Virus record (IMG/VR): IMGVR_UViG_3300003690_003399
Location: 16,076 to 80,075 of that record
Origin: a virus
Direction: 5' to 3' (one strand)
Length of the DNA stretch: 64,000 bases
The translations under genes were made by a program, and so were the position numbers. The stretch's first letter is position 1, and each line of letters opens with the position of its first letter. Positions 51,256 to 60,551 of this stretch are shown here, in pieces. Below the pieces are notes generated by a model. It worked only from the letters and a program-made list of their open reading frames with translations. It searched no databases and was not told where the DNA came from.

Positions 51256-54200
51256 TGAATTATGAATTTAATGGGCTCCTAGATTCTATTCTACCTAATA
51301 TCTATATTAATAGGATTACCTTAGAACAAAAAAACACACAACCACTCTCAAATAATAAATATGATATGACGCCACATATCAACCAAACCATAATCCCAGA
51401 CAACGCCACATCTTTGACCCCAGATTATGGTGGTTTTGAAGACAAATTGAAAGTCACTTTTGATTTATTTTTAGAAATTCCAAATATTGATAGTAATGAT
51501 TTCTGGAAAGAAATATTATCTCAGGAGTTTTCAAAGTATTTACAAGTGCACATAGTGCTTTTTAAAGACAATAAGGCCAAAGAATATTATAAAAAACTAT
51601 TAGGGCAAAGCAGTACCGCGTGGCCGGGCACCACCGTCACGCCCAACGCCCAAGACATGATTTATTTTTTGCAAACAGGTGTTTCCCCCCACGGCGATCT
51701 CGGGCCAAACGCCACGTGGAGTTTTTGGGATCTCACTCAAGGGGTTGATTATGAATATATTAAGATTAGCAATATATTTAGCCACTTAATTGCATCCGTG
51801 GGCGGCAGTGATATAATGTCGAGTAAAGAAAAATTCCACCATATTAAAGAAAAATATACAAAAATATTACCAGACGGGACGATTGTACATAAGGTACCTA
51901 TTCAGATGTCGACAGAAATCAATGGTGCGTTTCCATCTGATTTGGCCGCGATTGCATACTCTGCGCCACTCGCATCTGAGTTTTCGGAGGTTCTAACCAT
52001 GTATGGCGTAGAAAATATGTCCAGTCCAGTCGCCGGCGACGATAACGCTGTCCCCACCCACCCCACGGGCCGACTCGCGACCGAAGTAATTATTCAAAAT
52101 GGTAAAATTCAAGATAGGGGGATGATTTTCTTTGTTTCAGCCAAGCAAGATAGTCTAGAATTTAAGCATATGGAGGGACAACTTTGGTTTGGCGGAGTAC
52201 ATAAAAATATTGACAACGATGGGAATAATAGATATGCAGCCGGCAATGAACATTCAGAGTTCTCACATCCTTATTTAGATTATATTATTGTACCTAATCA
52301 GAGAATACAAGATTTTAGACAAATAGCAATAATGCAAAAACATGTTGCTAATTTCAACCCTATTACACAATTAATATTTGGAGGAGATTATATTGATTTA
52401 AGATCAAATACCGCAGCTGCAAGCTTTGATAATTATGGAACATTTTCTAATCTTTTAACTGCAGTTGACAAGGGCAAATATGTAAAATTATTTTTTAGTA
52501 TTGATTGGGGGAAGTTGCTTAAAAAGCACTGTGCGGTACCAGCATTAATGGACAAACTCGCATCCGACCAAACAGACGAAAGTACAAATGAACTAAAAAT
52601 GATGATGAATGCCACCGCTACACCAGTTTCATTTAAAGTATTCAGAGAAAGAATTGGAGGCCCCACCGAAACAAGAGTGGTAGATACAAAAAATAATGCT
52701 AGTATTATGATAAACCGATTAGGAAGAGAATTAATTTATGATAATTATCCAGCACTCTATTATTTTAAAAACAAAAAAGATCCAGCTAACAATGCTGCGT
52801 CTTCTTTATTGCCCATTAAGCTTAGTCCAACTTTCCACAGTTTTAATGGATTTGCAAAAAGTTATTCTTTAACAGATTATGATATAGGAGCAATATCTAG
52901 TGGCCTTTTTAAATATTCAGTTGAGATCGGAATAAAAGATCCAACAATTAGTTTTTTTGTACTCGGGCTTGACGTCATGCGCGCCGGCACGAAAGCGCTG
53001 AAAAAATATATGTATCTAGCTAATGGAACTGGTACCGAATTAGGAAAGGCGGCACAATTGAATTATTGGAATTCTTATTTAGGAAAATTTGAAAGTGGTT
53101 TTATAGAAAAGGCTACCGACGCGACCGGTGCCTACGGGTTCAGCATAGCACCAAACGATGATCCTCTTTTGAATTTGCCATTAAGCATCCAGTACGCGCT
53201 CACTGCCTTTGATTTTATGATGAAACTTTCTAAAAAAGACTGGACCTCTCTTAAAGTCGACATCAGCACAGAAGATACTCCAACGCTCTCGTCTGAATGG
53301 AAAATAGCAATTGCTAATATGTTGAACCCCGACACAGCAAGCCCCGCTTCTATCACAGCGGTCTATGAAATATTTGATACATTAACTTCCCATCTAAATA
53401 ATTTTATTAATTCTTTCTCTACAGCAAAGATGCCCAAAGTGGACAGCGGAGAATTTTACGAAGTCGACGATGCCGGGAACACAGTTTCTTTCTCGGGAAG
53501 CCCCCTTCTTCTCACCAATTCCCCAGTGTCTTCGGGAACGCCACAGAAAAATATTATTGTTACTCACACCTTTGAAGATCCCACGGAATTAGTGAATACA
53601 ACAAATTTTGATGCCGGGTATGATGTATTCGCGAACATCAAAAATAAAATGAATTTCAGTAATGGACTCAAAGTTATGCAACTTTCATTATTGTCGGCTA
53701 GATCACATCAAGAATATGAAAAATATTTTAAAGCAAACGGCACTTTAGACGTACCTTTCCATACCAAGGCCCCAGACCCTTTCGGCGGGGGCGAATACGT
53801 CGCGAATCTTTCCGACGCCATAGATGATGGTGGATTAGTTCCTACATCTGTTTTTACGGTAGCAATGAATGAATATGTGCAAGGTAAGTGGACACAATAT
53901 ACAAGACTTCCTTTAGCCATCAAAGATTTAAATGAAGAAAACGAGTATTGGAAATTAATAAATAACATAATCCGCTATAAGCTTAATTTAGCCGGAAACC
54001 CGGGCGACGAATCGTGGTTAGGTTACGGTGGCCCCGGGGGAAAATCAAAGGATCAAATACCGGGAAGCCAATTTATCAGCAATACGATGGAAAGAATTCT
54101 AAAAGAATACCAATCATTAGCTTATTTGGGTGCCAATTTTATTCATGAGCACAAAGCATTTTGGGGTGAAGGCGAAGAAGGACCCAAGGGGGGCAAAGGC

Positions 54201-54980
54201 GCTTTTCAAAAAGGTGTTGAAGGACTTCCTTATGCCGCAAACTATGCGGAACTCCAGGAATTAGAAAAAAATGGTACTTTGGTGCCATGGGCAAAGAACG
54301 TTAAACAAGAAAGATTTTTATTATCATTGGCTATTCAAGATTATTGTAATTTAAAATATTTTGATAAAAAACTTGGGTCTTATAATGCAGGGACTAAGAA
54401 TTCTCGGATAAACAAATTTCTTAAACTAGATCCAAGCGTCGTTTTACACGCGCTCCCCCTTCAAATTAAAGTTTTGGTGGCTTGTCACAATACCATCAAT
54501 CATACGCTCATACAGTGGGATAAAAATTATTCTACTGATAATAATCTTTATATAGGTGAAGTGGCCCCGAACGCCCCACTCGACGCCGCTAATAATAAAA
54601 GTTTACTTTTAGATAAATTTGGAGATTTTTGGTATAACCACCAAAATTTATTTGCAGTAGAATACTTATCAGGGTACAAAACAATAACACCACCATCTGT
54701 CCCAGGCCTGGTTCCACCTTCCACAAAATTTGAAAATATTTATAACTCTACTATTAAAACACCAGTTTGGAGTCCACTACCTACAGGTCTGCAGTATACC
54801 GGAATTTTATTATGTCGAATTAAAAAATTGAGATTTTCCTTTTTCAACCAAGGTCTCTATGATCTTTTCGATATGCCTCTTTATGACGAATATTTCTTTT
54901 TAAATTCAGGAAATATTCCTAACAATTGGGTAAATCAAACTAAGGGACAACAAATAACGTCAGACGTGGGATGGGCTTAA
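51249..54980 (+). CDS. Large putative virion protein
   Basis: 1243 aa ORF inside the structural operon; real start may be ATG 51255. Confidence 0.6.
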   Translation: MLMNYEFNGLLDSILPNIYINRITLEQKNTQPLSNNKYDMTPHINQTIIPDNATSLTPDYGGFEDKLKVTFDLFLEIPNIDSNDFWKEILSQEFSKYLQVHIVLFKDNKAKEYYKKLLGQSSTAWPGTTVTPNAQDMIYFLQTGVSPHGDLGPNATWSFWDLTQGVDYEYIKISNIFSHLIASVGGSDIMSSKEKFHHIKEKYTKILPDGTIVHKVPIQMSTEINGAFPSDLAAIAYSAPLASEFSEVLTMYGVENMSSPVAGDDNAVPTHPTGRLATEVIIQNGKIQDRGMIFFVSAKQDSLEFKHMEGQLWFGGVHKNIDNDGNNRYAAGNEHSEFSHPYLDYIIVPNQRIQDFRQIAIMQKHVANFNPITQLIFGGDYIDLRSNTAAASFDNYGTFSNLLTAVDKGKYVKLFFSIDWGKLLKKHCAVPALMDKLASDQTDESTNELKMMMNATATPVSFKVFRERIGGPTETRVVDTKNNASIMINRLGRELIYDNYPALYYFKNKKDPANNAASSLLPIKLSPTFHSFNGFAKSYSLTDYDIGAISSGLFKYSVEIGIKDPTISFFVLGLDVMRAGTKALKKYMYLANGTGTELGKAAQLNYWNSYLGKFESGFIEKATDATGAYGFSIAPNDDPLLNLPLSIQYALTAFDFMMKLSKKDWTSLKVDISTEDTPTLSSEWKIAIANMLNPDTASPASITAVYEIFDTLTSHLNNFINSFSTAKMPKVDSGEFYEVDDAGNTVSFSGSPLLLTNSPVSSGTPQKNIIVTHTFEDPTELVNTTNFDAGYDVFANIKNKMNFSNGLKVMQLSLLSARSHQEYEKYFKANGTLDVPFHTKAPDPFGGGEYVANLSDAIDDGGLVPTSVFTVAMNEYVQGKWTQYTRLPLAIKDLNEENEYWKLINNIIRYKLNLAGNPGDESWLGYGGPGGKSKDQIPGSQFISNTMERILKEYQSLAYLGANFIHEHKAFWGEGEEGPKGGKGAFQKGVEGLPYAANYAELQELEKNGTLVPWAKNVKQERFLLSLAIQDYCNLKYFDKKLGSYNAGTKNSRINKFLKLDPSVVLHALPLQIKVLVACHNTINHTLIQWDKNYSTDNNLYIGEVAPNAPLDAANNKSLLLDKFGDFWYNHQNLFAVEYLSGYKTITPPSVPGLVPPSTKFENIYNSTIKTPVWSPLPTGLQYTGILLCRIKKLRFSFFNQGLYDLFDMPLYDEYFFLNSGNIPNNWVNQTKGQQITSDVGWA

Positions 54981-55002
54981 AATAACATATTTGTTATTAA
55001 AA

Positions 55003-55011
55003 CTAATTAAT
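55003..55011 (+). promoter_or_regulatory. Candidate late promoter CTAATTAAT
   Basis: 25 nt upstream of ATG 55028, followed by AGGA. Confidence 0.45.
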
Positions 55012-55027
55012 TATAGGAAATTTAAAT

Positions 55028-55327
55028 ATGGCAATTAGAGTAACACAATTATACAATTCAAACTTTTTTTCACAAGTAGGCAATGAATACATTTGCACCG
55101 GGTACATGTTTGATGAAGATCTTCAAAAAGAGCCCATGGACATTCAATTAGAAAAAGCCAGTATTTTCATGGCCAATCAAGTAATGATTGATCCAAACAC
55201 TGGAGAGGTTTTAACGGGCGCCACCGCCAACGTAGCAGCTGCAGCAGCCACAGCCAAGTCTACCGGGGGCGCATCAGCGCCTGGTGCTTCGTCAATGGGC
55301 GGCGCAACACAAGGCAGCAATTATTAA
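55028..55327 (+). CDS. Small hypothetical protein with Ala/Gly-rich tail
   Basis: AGGA RBS; 99 aa. Confidence 0.65.
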   Translation: MAIRVTQLYNSNFFSQVGNEYICTGYMFDEDLQKEPMDIQLEKASIFMANQVMIDPNTGEVLTGATANVAAAAATAKSTGGASAPGASSMGGATQGSNY

Positions 55328-55329
55328 AA

Positions 55330-58300
55330 ATGGCTTATATTGATCCAAAAACTGGCGACGTTTTAGGCGAAGACAGCCCCGAAGTTGAAAGTGCTATATT
55401 AAACTCAATAATAAAGGGTGCTCAATCACAATTAATTTGTATACCTTTTGGCATACCGTATGCGTGTCCCGAAGGGTATACTTGCCCAGGAATACCCTTG
55501 GGATCCCAGGCCTGGATGCCCGGCGTCCTTGATTCTTCTGATTTCGCTGAGAATTGGGCTCTTCAACTACTCGATACAGTCGTGTCGAATATGACGCCTT
55601 ATAATTATGATTTTTCAATCGGTGGCAATGGCAATTCCGCGGGCTGGAACGCACACCCAGGATCTTTCGCGCCACTTGCGCAGGATGTTCATGACTTAGA
55701 CAAATTAAGAGGGCTTGTTTTTTCCAGAATTAAAGATACTAGATATGATACAAACTCCTCAAATGCCCCTAAAATTTTTATAGAAGAGCGTTCCGCTGAT
55801 TATCTAAATTATTCATATAGCCCGTACGCGCTGACGATGCAAAACGAAGGCGGCATGGGAATCAGCCAGGAAAACCTTAAGTTTTTGTCGGGCTGGATAC
55901 CAGACCCACAAGAGGCAGCGATTGGACAAGATAAAGGCCACGATACCTTGGGCTTGCTTTTATTAAAGATGGCGCTCACGGTCCCAGCCAATTCTTATCT
56001 AGATGCGACTTTTAGAATACAAAAATCTTTTGCCGAAACGGCGTATACTGAAGCTGCTGGGGAGGCGCTTGGAATTTCAGATCCTGTAAAAGTTAAAGCG
56101 CATTATAATTTTTATATACAACCATATGAAAAGATAATTAAAGACTTACACAAACTTCCACTCGGTTCGACTGATATATTGATGACAGAAGTAATAATAC
56201 CTAATTTATATGCGTTAATGATTGATATGCCCAAACTTGGAAATCCAGGATTAACATCAGAGTTCGACCTCGAACATGGAGATCAGTGGCAATATCATGG
56301 CGACGACGAGGTGATATACACCAATGCAGCTTTTAGTTCTGGATACGCCCATGCAGCAGCCACCATCACCCCAGGCATAGTGTACACCCCAAAGGCGAAG
56401 TCCGGGCCGGTCGAAACCTTCAATGAGTATTTAAACAAATTTGCAGAAGCTTTGAAAAAAACTGCCGAAAGCCACACTGGCGACGTACCTTATTCTTTGA
56501 GCCTCACTCTTCCAGAGAAAAGAAAATATGATACTATTGGGGTATCGGCATATAAAATACAAGATTATATGGATGAAGCGGATAAGATTAAGAAGTTTTT
56601 TCCAATGCATGTTGATATAGAGATTCCGGCAGAGAATGGCGGTAAGATTGGAAAAATACTTTATGAAGCTTCATTATTTGATGAGTTTATGCAATTAATA
56701 ATTGCAGCCATGTTTCCGCGCGGCACCAACAACAACGTGGATTTCCACTGGCCGACAACTATAATTAAGAAGGATTCCTCTATCTATGATGATCCTCTTA
56801 CACAGGGGGTTGATCTCGCAAAAGAGAAAGACACTCTTTATCGCGAACCTTTAATTAATCTATGGCTGAATGATATCTTGAACGACGCCTCGATGCCAGA
56901 TTTAGATAATTTTAAAACCAATACTCTAGGCACTCTCATTGATGATGGCCCCACACTCAACTTTTTGAAGAAGATCAACCCCTCATTGTCCGCGCCCTTT
57001 ATTAGACCTATTATTTTTGGAAAGAAAAAAACAAGCAGTATGCCATTCATTACTAATTTAAAATGGGCCGCCGCAAAAAAGAAAATTTTAAATTTTATTA
57101 GCCAGAAAACAAGAGCAGTAAGTGATATATATGATGGCAAGCTAGCTTATTCTGAAATACTTTTCTACGAAGTGGTAAAGTTCCGCCGCACCGGGACCCC
57201 CACAGATTTTGGAGGAACATTTGTGCAAAATATTTTCTTACCAAACACACCCAATATGGCAGTTTTAAAGTACATTGATACGCAGGTTAAATACGACAGT
57301 GATTATTATTATCAAGTATATGCGCACACAGTTGTTATTGGTACACAATATGACTTTGCGAACATATCTAAAAGTGAAGATGTCCTTACATTGGACGACA
57401 ACACCGAAGCAACAGAGACCCATATTTCCTATTTGTACACCCCATCGGTCTTTTTGATGCGCGTGCCTTACTATAACACATATGTCACAATGAGCGATGT
57501 CCTTACTGCCGAAGAAACAGGCCAAGACTTCACTGTAGATACAATGGATATAGATAAGAATGCAGCCAAGCTAGAAGAAACTCCTATTGTTTCTCACCCA
57601 CCAGTTTTCCCGGATGCTGTCTTTATCCCCCTTTCTGGTGAAAAGAATAAAATATTACTAAATGCAGCCTTAAATATAGGAGAATATGATTTAGTTCCGG
57701 AGTCTATTGAGGATAACGGAGACTGGGCAAGCGACTTGGAAAGAATTAAAAAAAATCAAAAAAAGATCGGCACCAAAACAAAAATAACTTATAAAGAAGA
57801 TGATTATTGTGGCCAAATAGAGATTTTAAGAATAGAAAATCGGCCTCTGGCGTGGGCAGACTTTGCTCCAATAAGCAATTATTTAATAGGCTACGCTGGG
57901 GGCTCTTCCAATTTTGGACAGATCATCGAGCAACAGCCCAACAAAGACTATTACTATACCGTGAGAGCTATCGATGTGCATGGATATTATTCTAATCCAT
58001 CGCCGATCTATCAAGTAAGAATAGTTAATAAAGTTGGTGAGGCACCCTATACTATAGTCAACATGTTTTTTATCGATGAAGAGCCAGAGAAGAAAACAGT
58101 AGGAAAAAAAGATTTAATGAAGTATATACGAATTCAGCCAGCTTTTAAGCAATCATATCTTGACGATAAATCAATCACAGAAGATTATAATTCTGTAGAA
58201 GATTTTACAGCTGCCATAAGCAATGGAACCGCCGTCTTGTATAATTTCATTGGAGACCAAACCTTAGAGGAGGATAAAGAAGTATTTGGTCATGAATTTA

Positions 58301-58434
58301 AATTTAGATTTACTAGCAAAAAAACTGGAAGAAAGTTTGATTTGAACCTTTCTATCGATGAGCCGTACACAACAGCAGGAACTGGCGAAAGTACACTAGG
58401 CGTAACAGATAGCTATAGCTCAGGAAAATGTTAA
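55330..58434 (+). CDS. Putative virion protein with FN3-like C-terminal domains
   Basis: YIDTQVKY...YYYQVYA and PNKDYYYTVRAIDVHG..SNPS. Confidence 0.65.
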   Translation: MAYIDPKTGDVLGEDSPEVESAILNSIIKGAQSQLICIPFGIPYACPEGYTCPGIPLGSQAWMPGVLDSSDFAENWALQLLDTVVSNMTPYNYDFSIGGNGNSAGWNAHPGSFAPLAQDVHDLDKLRGLVFSRIKDTRYDTNSSNAPKIFIEERSADYLNYSYSPYALTMQNEGGMGISQENLKFLSGWIPDPQEAAIGQDKGHDTLGLLLLKMALTVPANSYLDATFRIQKSFAETAYTEAAGEALGISDPVKVKAHYNFYIQPYEKIIKDLHKLPLGSTDILMTEVIIPNLYALMIDMPKLGNPGLTSEFDLEHGDQWQYHGDDEVIYTNAAFSSGYAHAAATITPGIVYTPKAKSGPVETFNEYLNKFAEALKKTAESHTGDVPYSLSLTLPEKRKYDTIGVSAYKIQDYMDEADKIKKFFPMHVDIEIPAENGGKIGKILYEASLFDEFMQLIIAAMFPRGTNNNVDFHWPTTIIKKDSSIYDDPLTQGVDLAKEKDTLYREPLINLWLNDILNDASMPDLDNFKTNTLGTLIDDGPTLNFLKKINPSLSAPFIRPIIFGKKKTSSMPFITNLKWAAAKKKILNFISQKTRAVSDIYDGKLAYSEILFYEVVKFRRTGTPTDFGGTFVQNIFLPNTPNMAVLKYIDTQVKYDSDYYYQVYAHTVVIGTQYDFANISKSEDVLTLDDNTEATETHISYLYTPSVFLMRVPYYNTYVTMSDVLTAEETGQDFTVDTMDIDKNAAKLEETPIVSHPPVFPDAVFIPLSGEKNKILLNAALNIGEYDLVPESIEDNGDWASDLERIKKNQKKIGTKTKITYKEDDYCGQIEILRIENRPLAWADFAPISNYLIGYAGGSSNFGQIIEQQPNKDYYYTVRAIDVHGYYSNPSPIYQVRIVNKVGEAPYTIVNMFFIDEEPEKKTVGKKDLMKYIRIQPAFKQSYLDDKSITEDYNSVEDFTAAISNGTAVLYNFIGDQTLEEDKEVFGHEFKFRFTSKKTGRKFDLNLSIDEPYTTAGTGESTLGVTDSYSSGKC

Positions 58435-58463
58435 TTAAAGAACGAAAAAACAAATAAAACTTA

Positions 58464-58478
58464 CTAATTATATAAATA
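58464..58478 (+). promoter_or_regulatory. Candidate late promoter CTAATTA followed by TATAAATA
   Basis: 28 nt upstream of ATG 58492; AAGGAG RBS follows. Confidence 0.5.
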
Positions 58479-58491
58479 AAGGAGTATTATT

Positions 58492-59466
58492 ATGGGATTT
58501 TTAGATAATAGTGGTGACATTATTTTAGATGCAGTGTTGACCGACGCTGGCCGCAAAAGACTAGCAGAGGGAAATGGCTCATTTAAAATTACTAAATACG
58601 CTTTTGGCGACGACGAGATTAACTATGGTAATTATGATCCCACTAACACCAACGGCAGCGCATACTATGATTTACAAATTCTACAAACCCCCATACTAGA
58701 AGCCTTTACAAACAACACCGCAACAATGAAATCAAAATTGATGACCTTAACCAATAACAATATTCTTTATTTACCCGTAATCATTGTAAGTCAGGCCATC
58801 TCAAGATACCAACTTAATAATATTATAGGATCCGGCTCAGTTGTAGTACCAGTAGATATCACAACTGTTAACAAATTCACTGATGTCGACAGCGCACCCG
58901 GGCTCGGCATGGGGCCTTATATTGATGGCACGAACCCTGGTGGATCTACGAGTCAAGATATTAGATGTGATCAAGGTCTAAACACATTAGAAATACCAGC
59001 AACATATAAGCTTGATGCTGAACTGACAGAACATCAATATATTGTAGAAATAGATAATCGTTTTGGACAAATTACAGCCGGCACATTAGCCGGCACCGGC
59101 CAAGTGGGACAAGTTAAACAATCATATTCTTTTATTGATGATGATAATGTTGCTAGCTATTATTTGTCAACAGCAGTATACGTTGATGATATCAAAGCAA
59201 AATCCACAACGGGCATCAGCAACGCCGAAGAACAATCGAATGACGCCCTCAAAGGCCCACGTGGCACCAAGTTAGAAATTAGAATTAGAGCCTCCACAAA
59301 TTTGAGGACTAGCACGTATCTATTTGAAAGATTGGGAAGCACTTTTTCTTTTACTATCAACGGCGTCGTCACCGATTTTTATGCCATTGATACAATTGTC
59401 AGAATCACCGGCGCAACTACAGGATATAAATTGGACCTCCCAGTTAAATTTGTGAAACAACAGTAA
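58492..59466 (+). CDS. Putative baseplate/fibre-attachment protein
   Basis: LTDAGRKRLA...ITKYAFGD resembles the N-terminus of P2 gpH-type tail-collar fibre domains. Confidence 0.6.
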   Translation: MGFLDNSGDIILDAVLTDAGRKRLAEGNGSFKITKYAFGDDEINYGNYDPTNTNGSAYYDLQILQTPILEAFTNNTATMKSKLMTLTNNNILYLPVIIVSQAISRYQLNNIIGSGSVVVPVDITTVNKFTDVDSAPGLGMGPYIDGTNPGGSTSQDIRCDQGLNTLEIPATYKLDAELTEHQYIVEIDNRFGQITAGTLAGTGQVGQVKQSYSFIDDDNVASYYLSTAVYVDDIKAKSTTGISNAEEQSNDALKGPRGTKLEIRIRASTNLRTSTYLFERLGSTFSFTINGVVTDFYAIDTIVRITGATTGYKLDLPVKFVKQQ

Positions 59467-59482
59467 TTAAAGGAAGAAACAT

Positions 59483-60547
59483 ATGGCTACTACATTTAAA
59501 ACGTTTTTGAATAACGACATTGCAACAACAAGAACCTTGTTGCACGAAGCAATCCCCATAACGGGAACCATTGTATCGGGGACATATAGTGATAATAATA
59601 TTAAAAACTACACTCATGGAATGTTTCAATCTGTTTATGATTATCCATATTTAAGTTCTTCCGCAAACCATATTTTTGATCTTACGGTTGGAATGGGCGC
59701 CAATAGTTTCTTTTCTTCTTCTAAAGTTAGTCAACAATTTACCAAAAAGAGAAATGTTTATGACCAAATGGCACAAGTTTTAGTTCCCTATGATATTAGC
59801 GGCAATATTCAGGCGTTTGACCAGGACGGCAAAATCCAAGATGGTGGTAACAAATTCAATGATGCCTTTTTCATTAATTTTGCTCGCCTCTTAAACAAAG
59901 ACGAAGTTAAAAAAGGATCCTTTACCATAGCCTTCTTAACGGGAGGAGTTGGAGGAGACACCACTAATTCATTAACAATATCAGATTATGGCGCCACAAG
60001 CAGCTTTAAAGTGAACAGCCCCACTGGTGAATACGGGTTGCTTTACACAAGTTCTGCCACCCCAGCCACAGACAGCGCGGTCGGGCATATTTATTATCAA
60101 GCCGGAATCGCAGTTATAACCGCTAGCATTTTTAGTAATAATTACTTAACCCCAACAGATTTTTGTGAATTCGGGGCCCCCGGAGCTACTTACGATACAG
60201 GCAGCTACCAAGCCGTTTTATCAGCTTCTACAATTCAATCCTTTGCGGACGGCTTAAGAAACAGATTATATAATATTCAATTTAATAATACAACTGAATT
60301 AAATTCAACAATTTACTTCTGTCGCGCAAATACAGGCGATTATAATTACTCTTCAAACCCGACATATATAAGCTCTAGTAAAATTGTGGTGAAAGCTAAT
60401 ATGCCTTTCAATGAACCCATTTCATATATAACAACAATTGGTCTATATTCTCCTCAAAATGAACTTTTGGCCGTAGCTAAAGTATCAGAGCCATTGAAGA
60501 AGACTCCTAGCAATGAGCTTACGTTGCGCGTCAGATTAGATTACTAA
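59483..60547 (+). CDS. Putative baseplate/tail structural protein
   Basis: C-terminal YITTIGLY...ELLAVAK..P.KK shared with the next gene. Confidence 0.65.
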   Translation: MATTFKTFLNNDIATTRTLLHEAIPITGTIVSGTYSDNNIKNYTHGMFQSVYDYPYLSSSANHIFDLTVGMGANSFFSSSKVSQQFTKKRNVYDQMAQVLVPYDISGNIQAFDQDGKIQDGGNKFNDAFFINFARLLNKDEVKKGSFTIAFLTGGVGGDTTNSLTISDYGATSSFKVNSPTGEYGLLYTSSATPATDSAVGHIYYQAGIAVITASIFSNNYLTPTDFCEFGAPGATYDTGSYQAVLSASTIQSFADGLRNRLYNIQFNNTTELNSTIYFCRANTGDYNYSSNPTYISSSKIVVKANMPFNEPISYITTIGLYSPQNELLAVAKVSEPLKKTPSNELTLRVRLDY

Positions 60548-60551
60548 TGTT

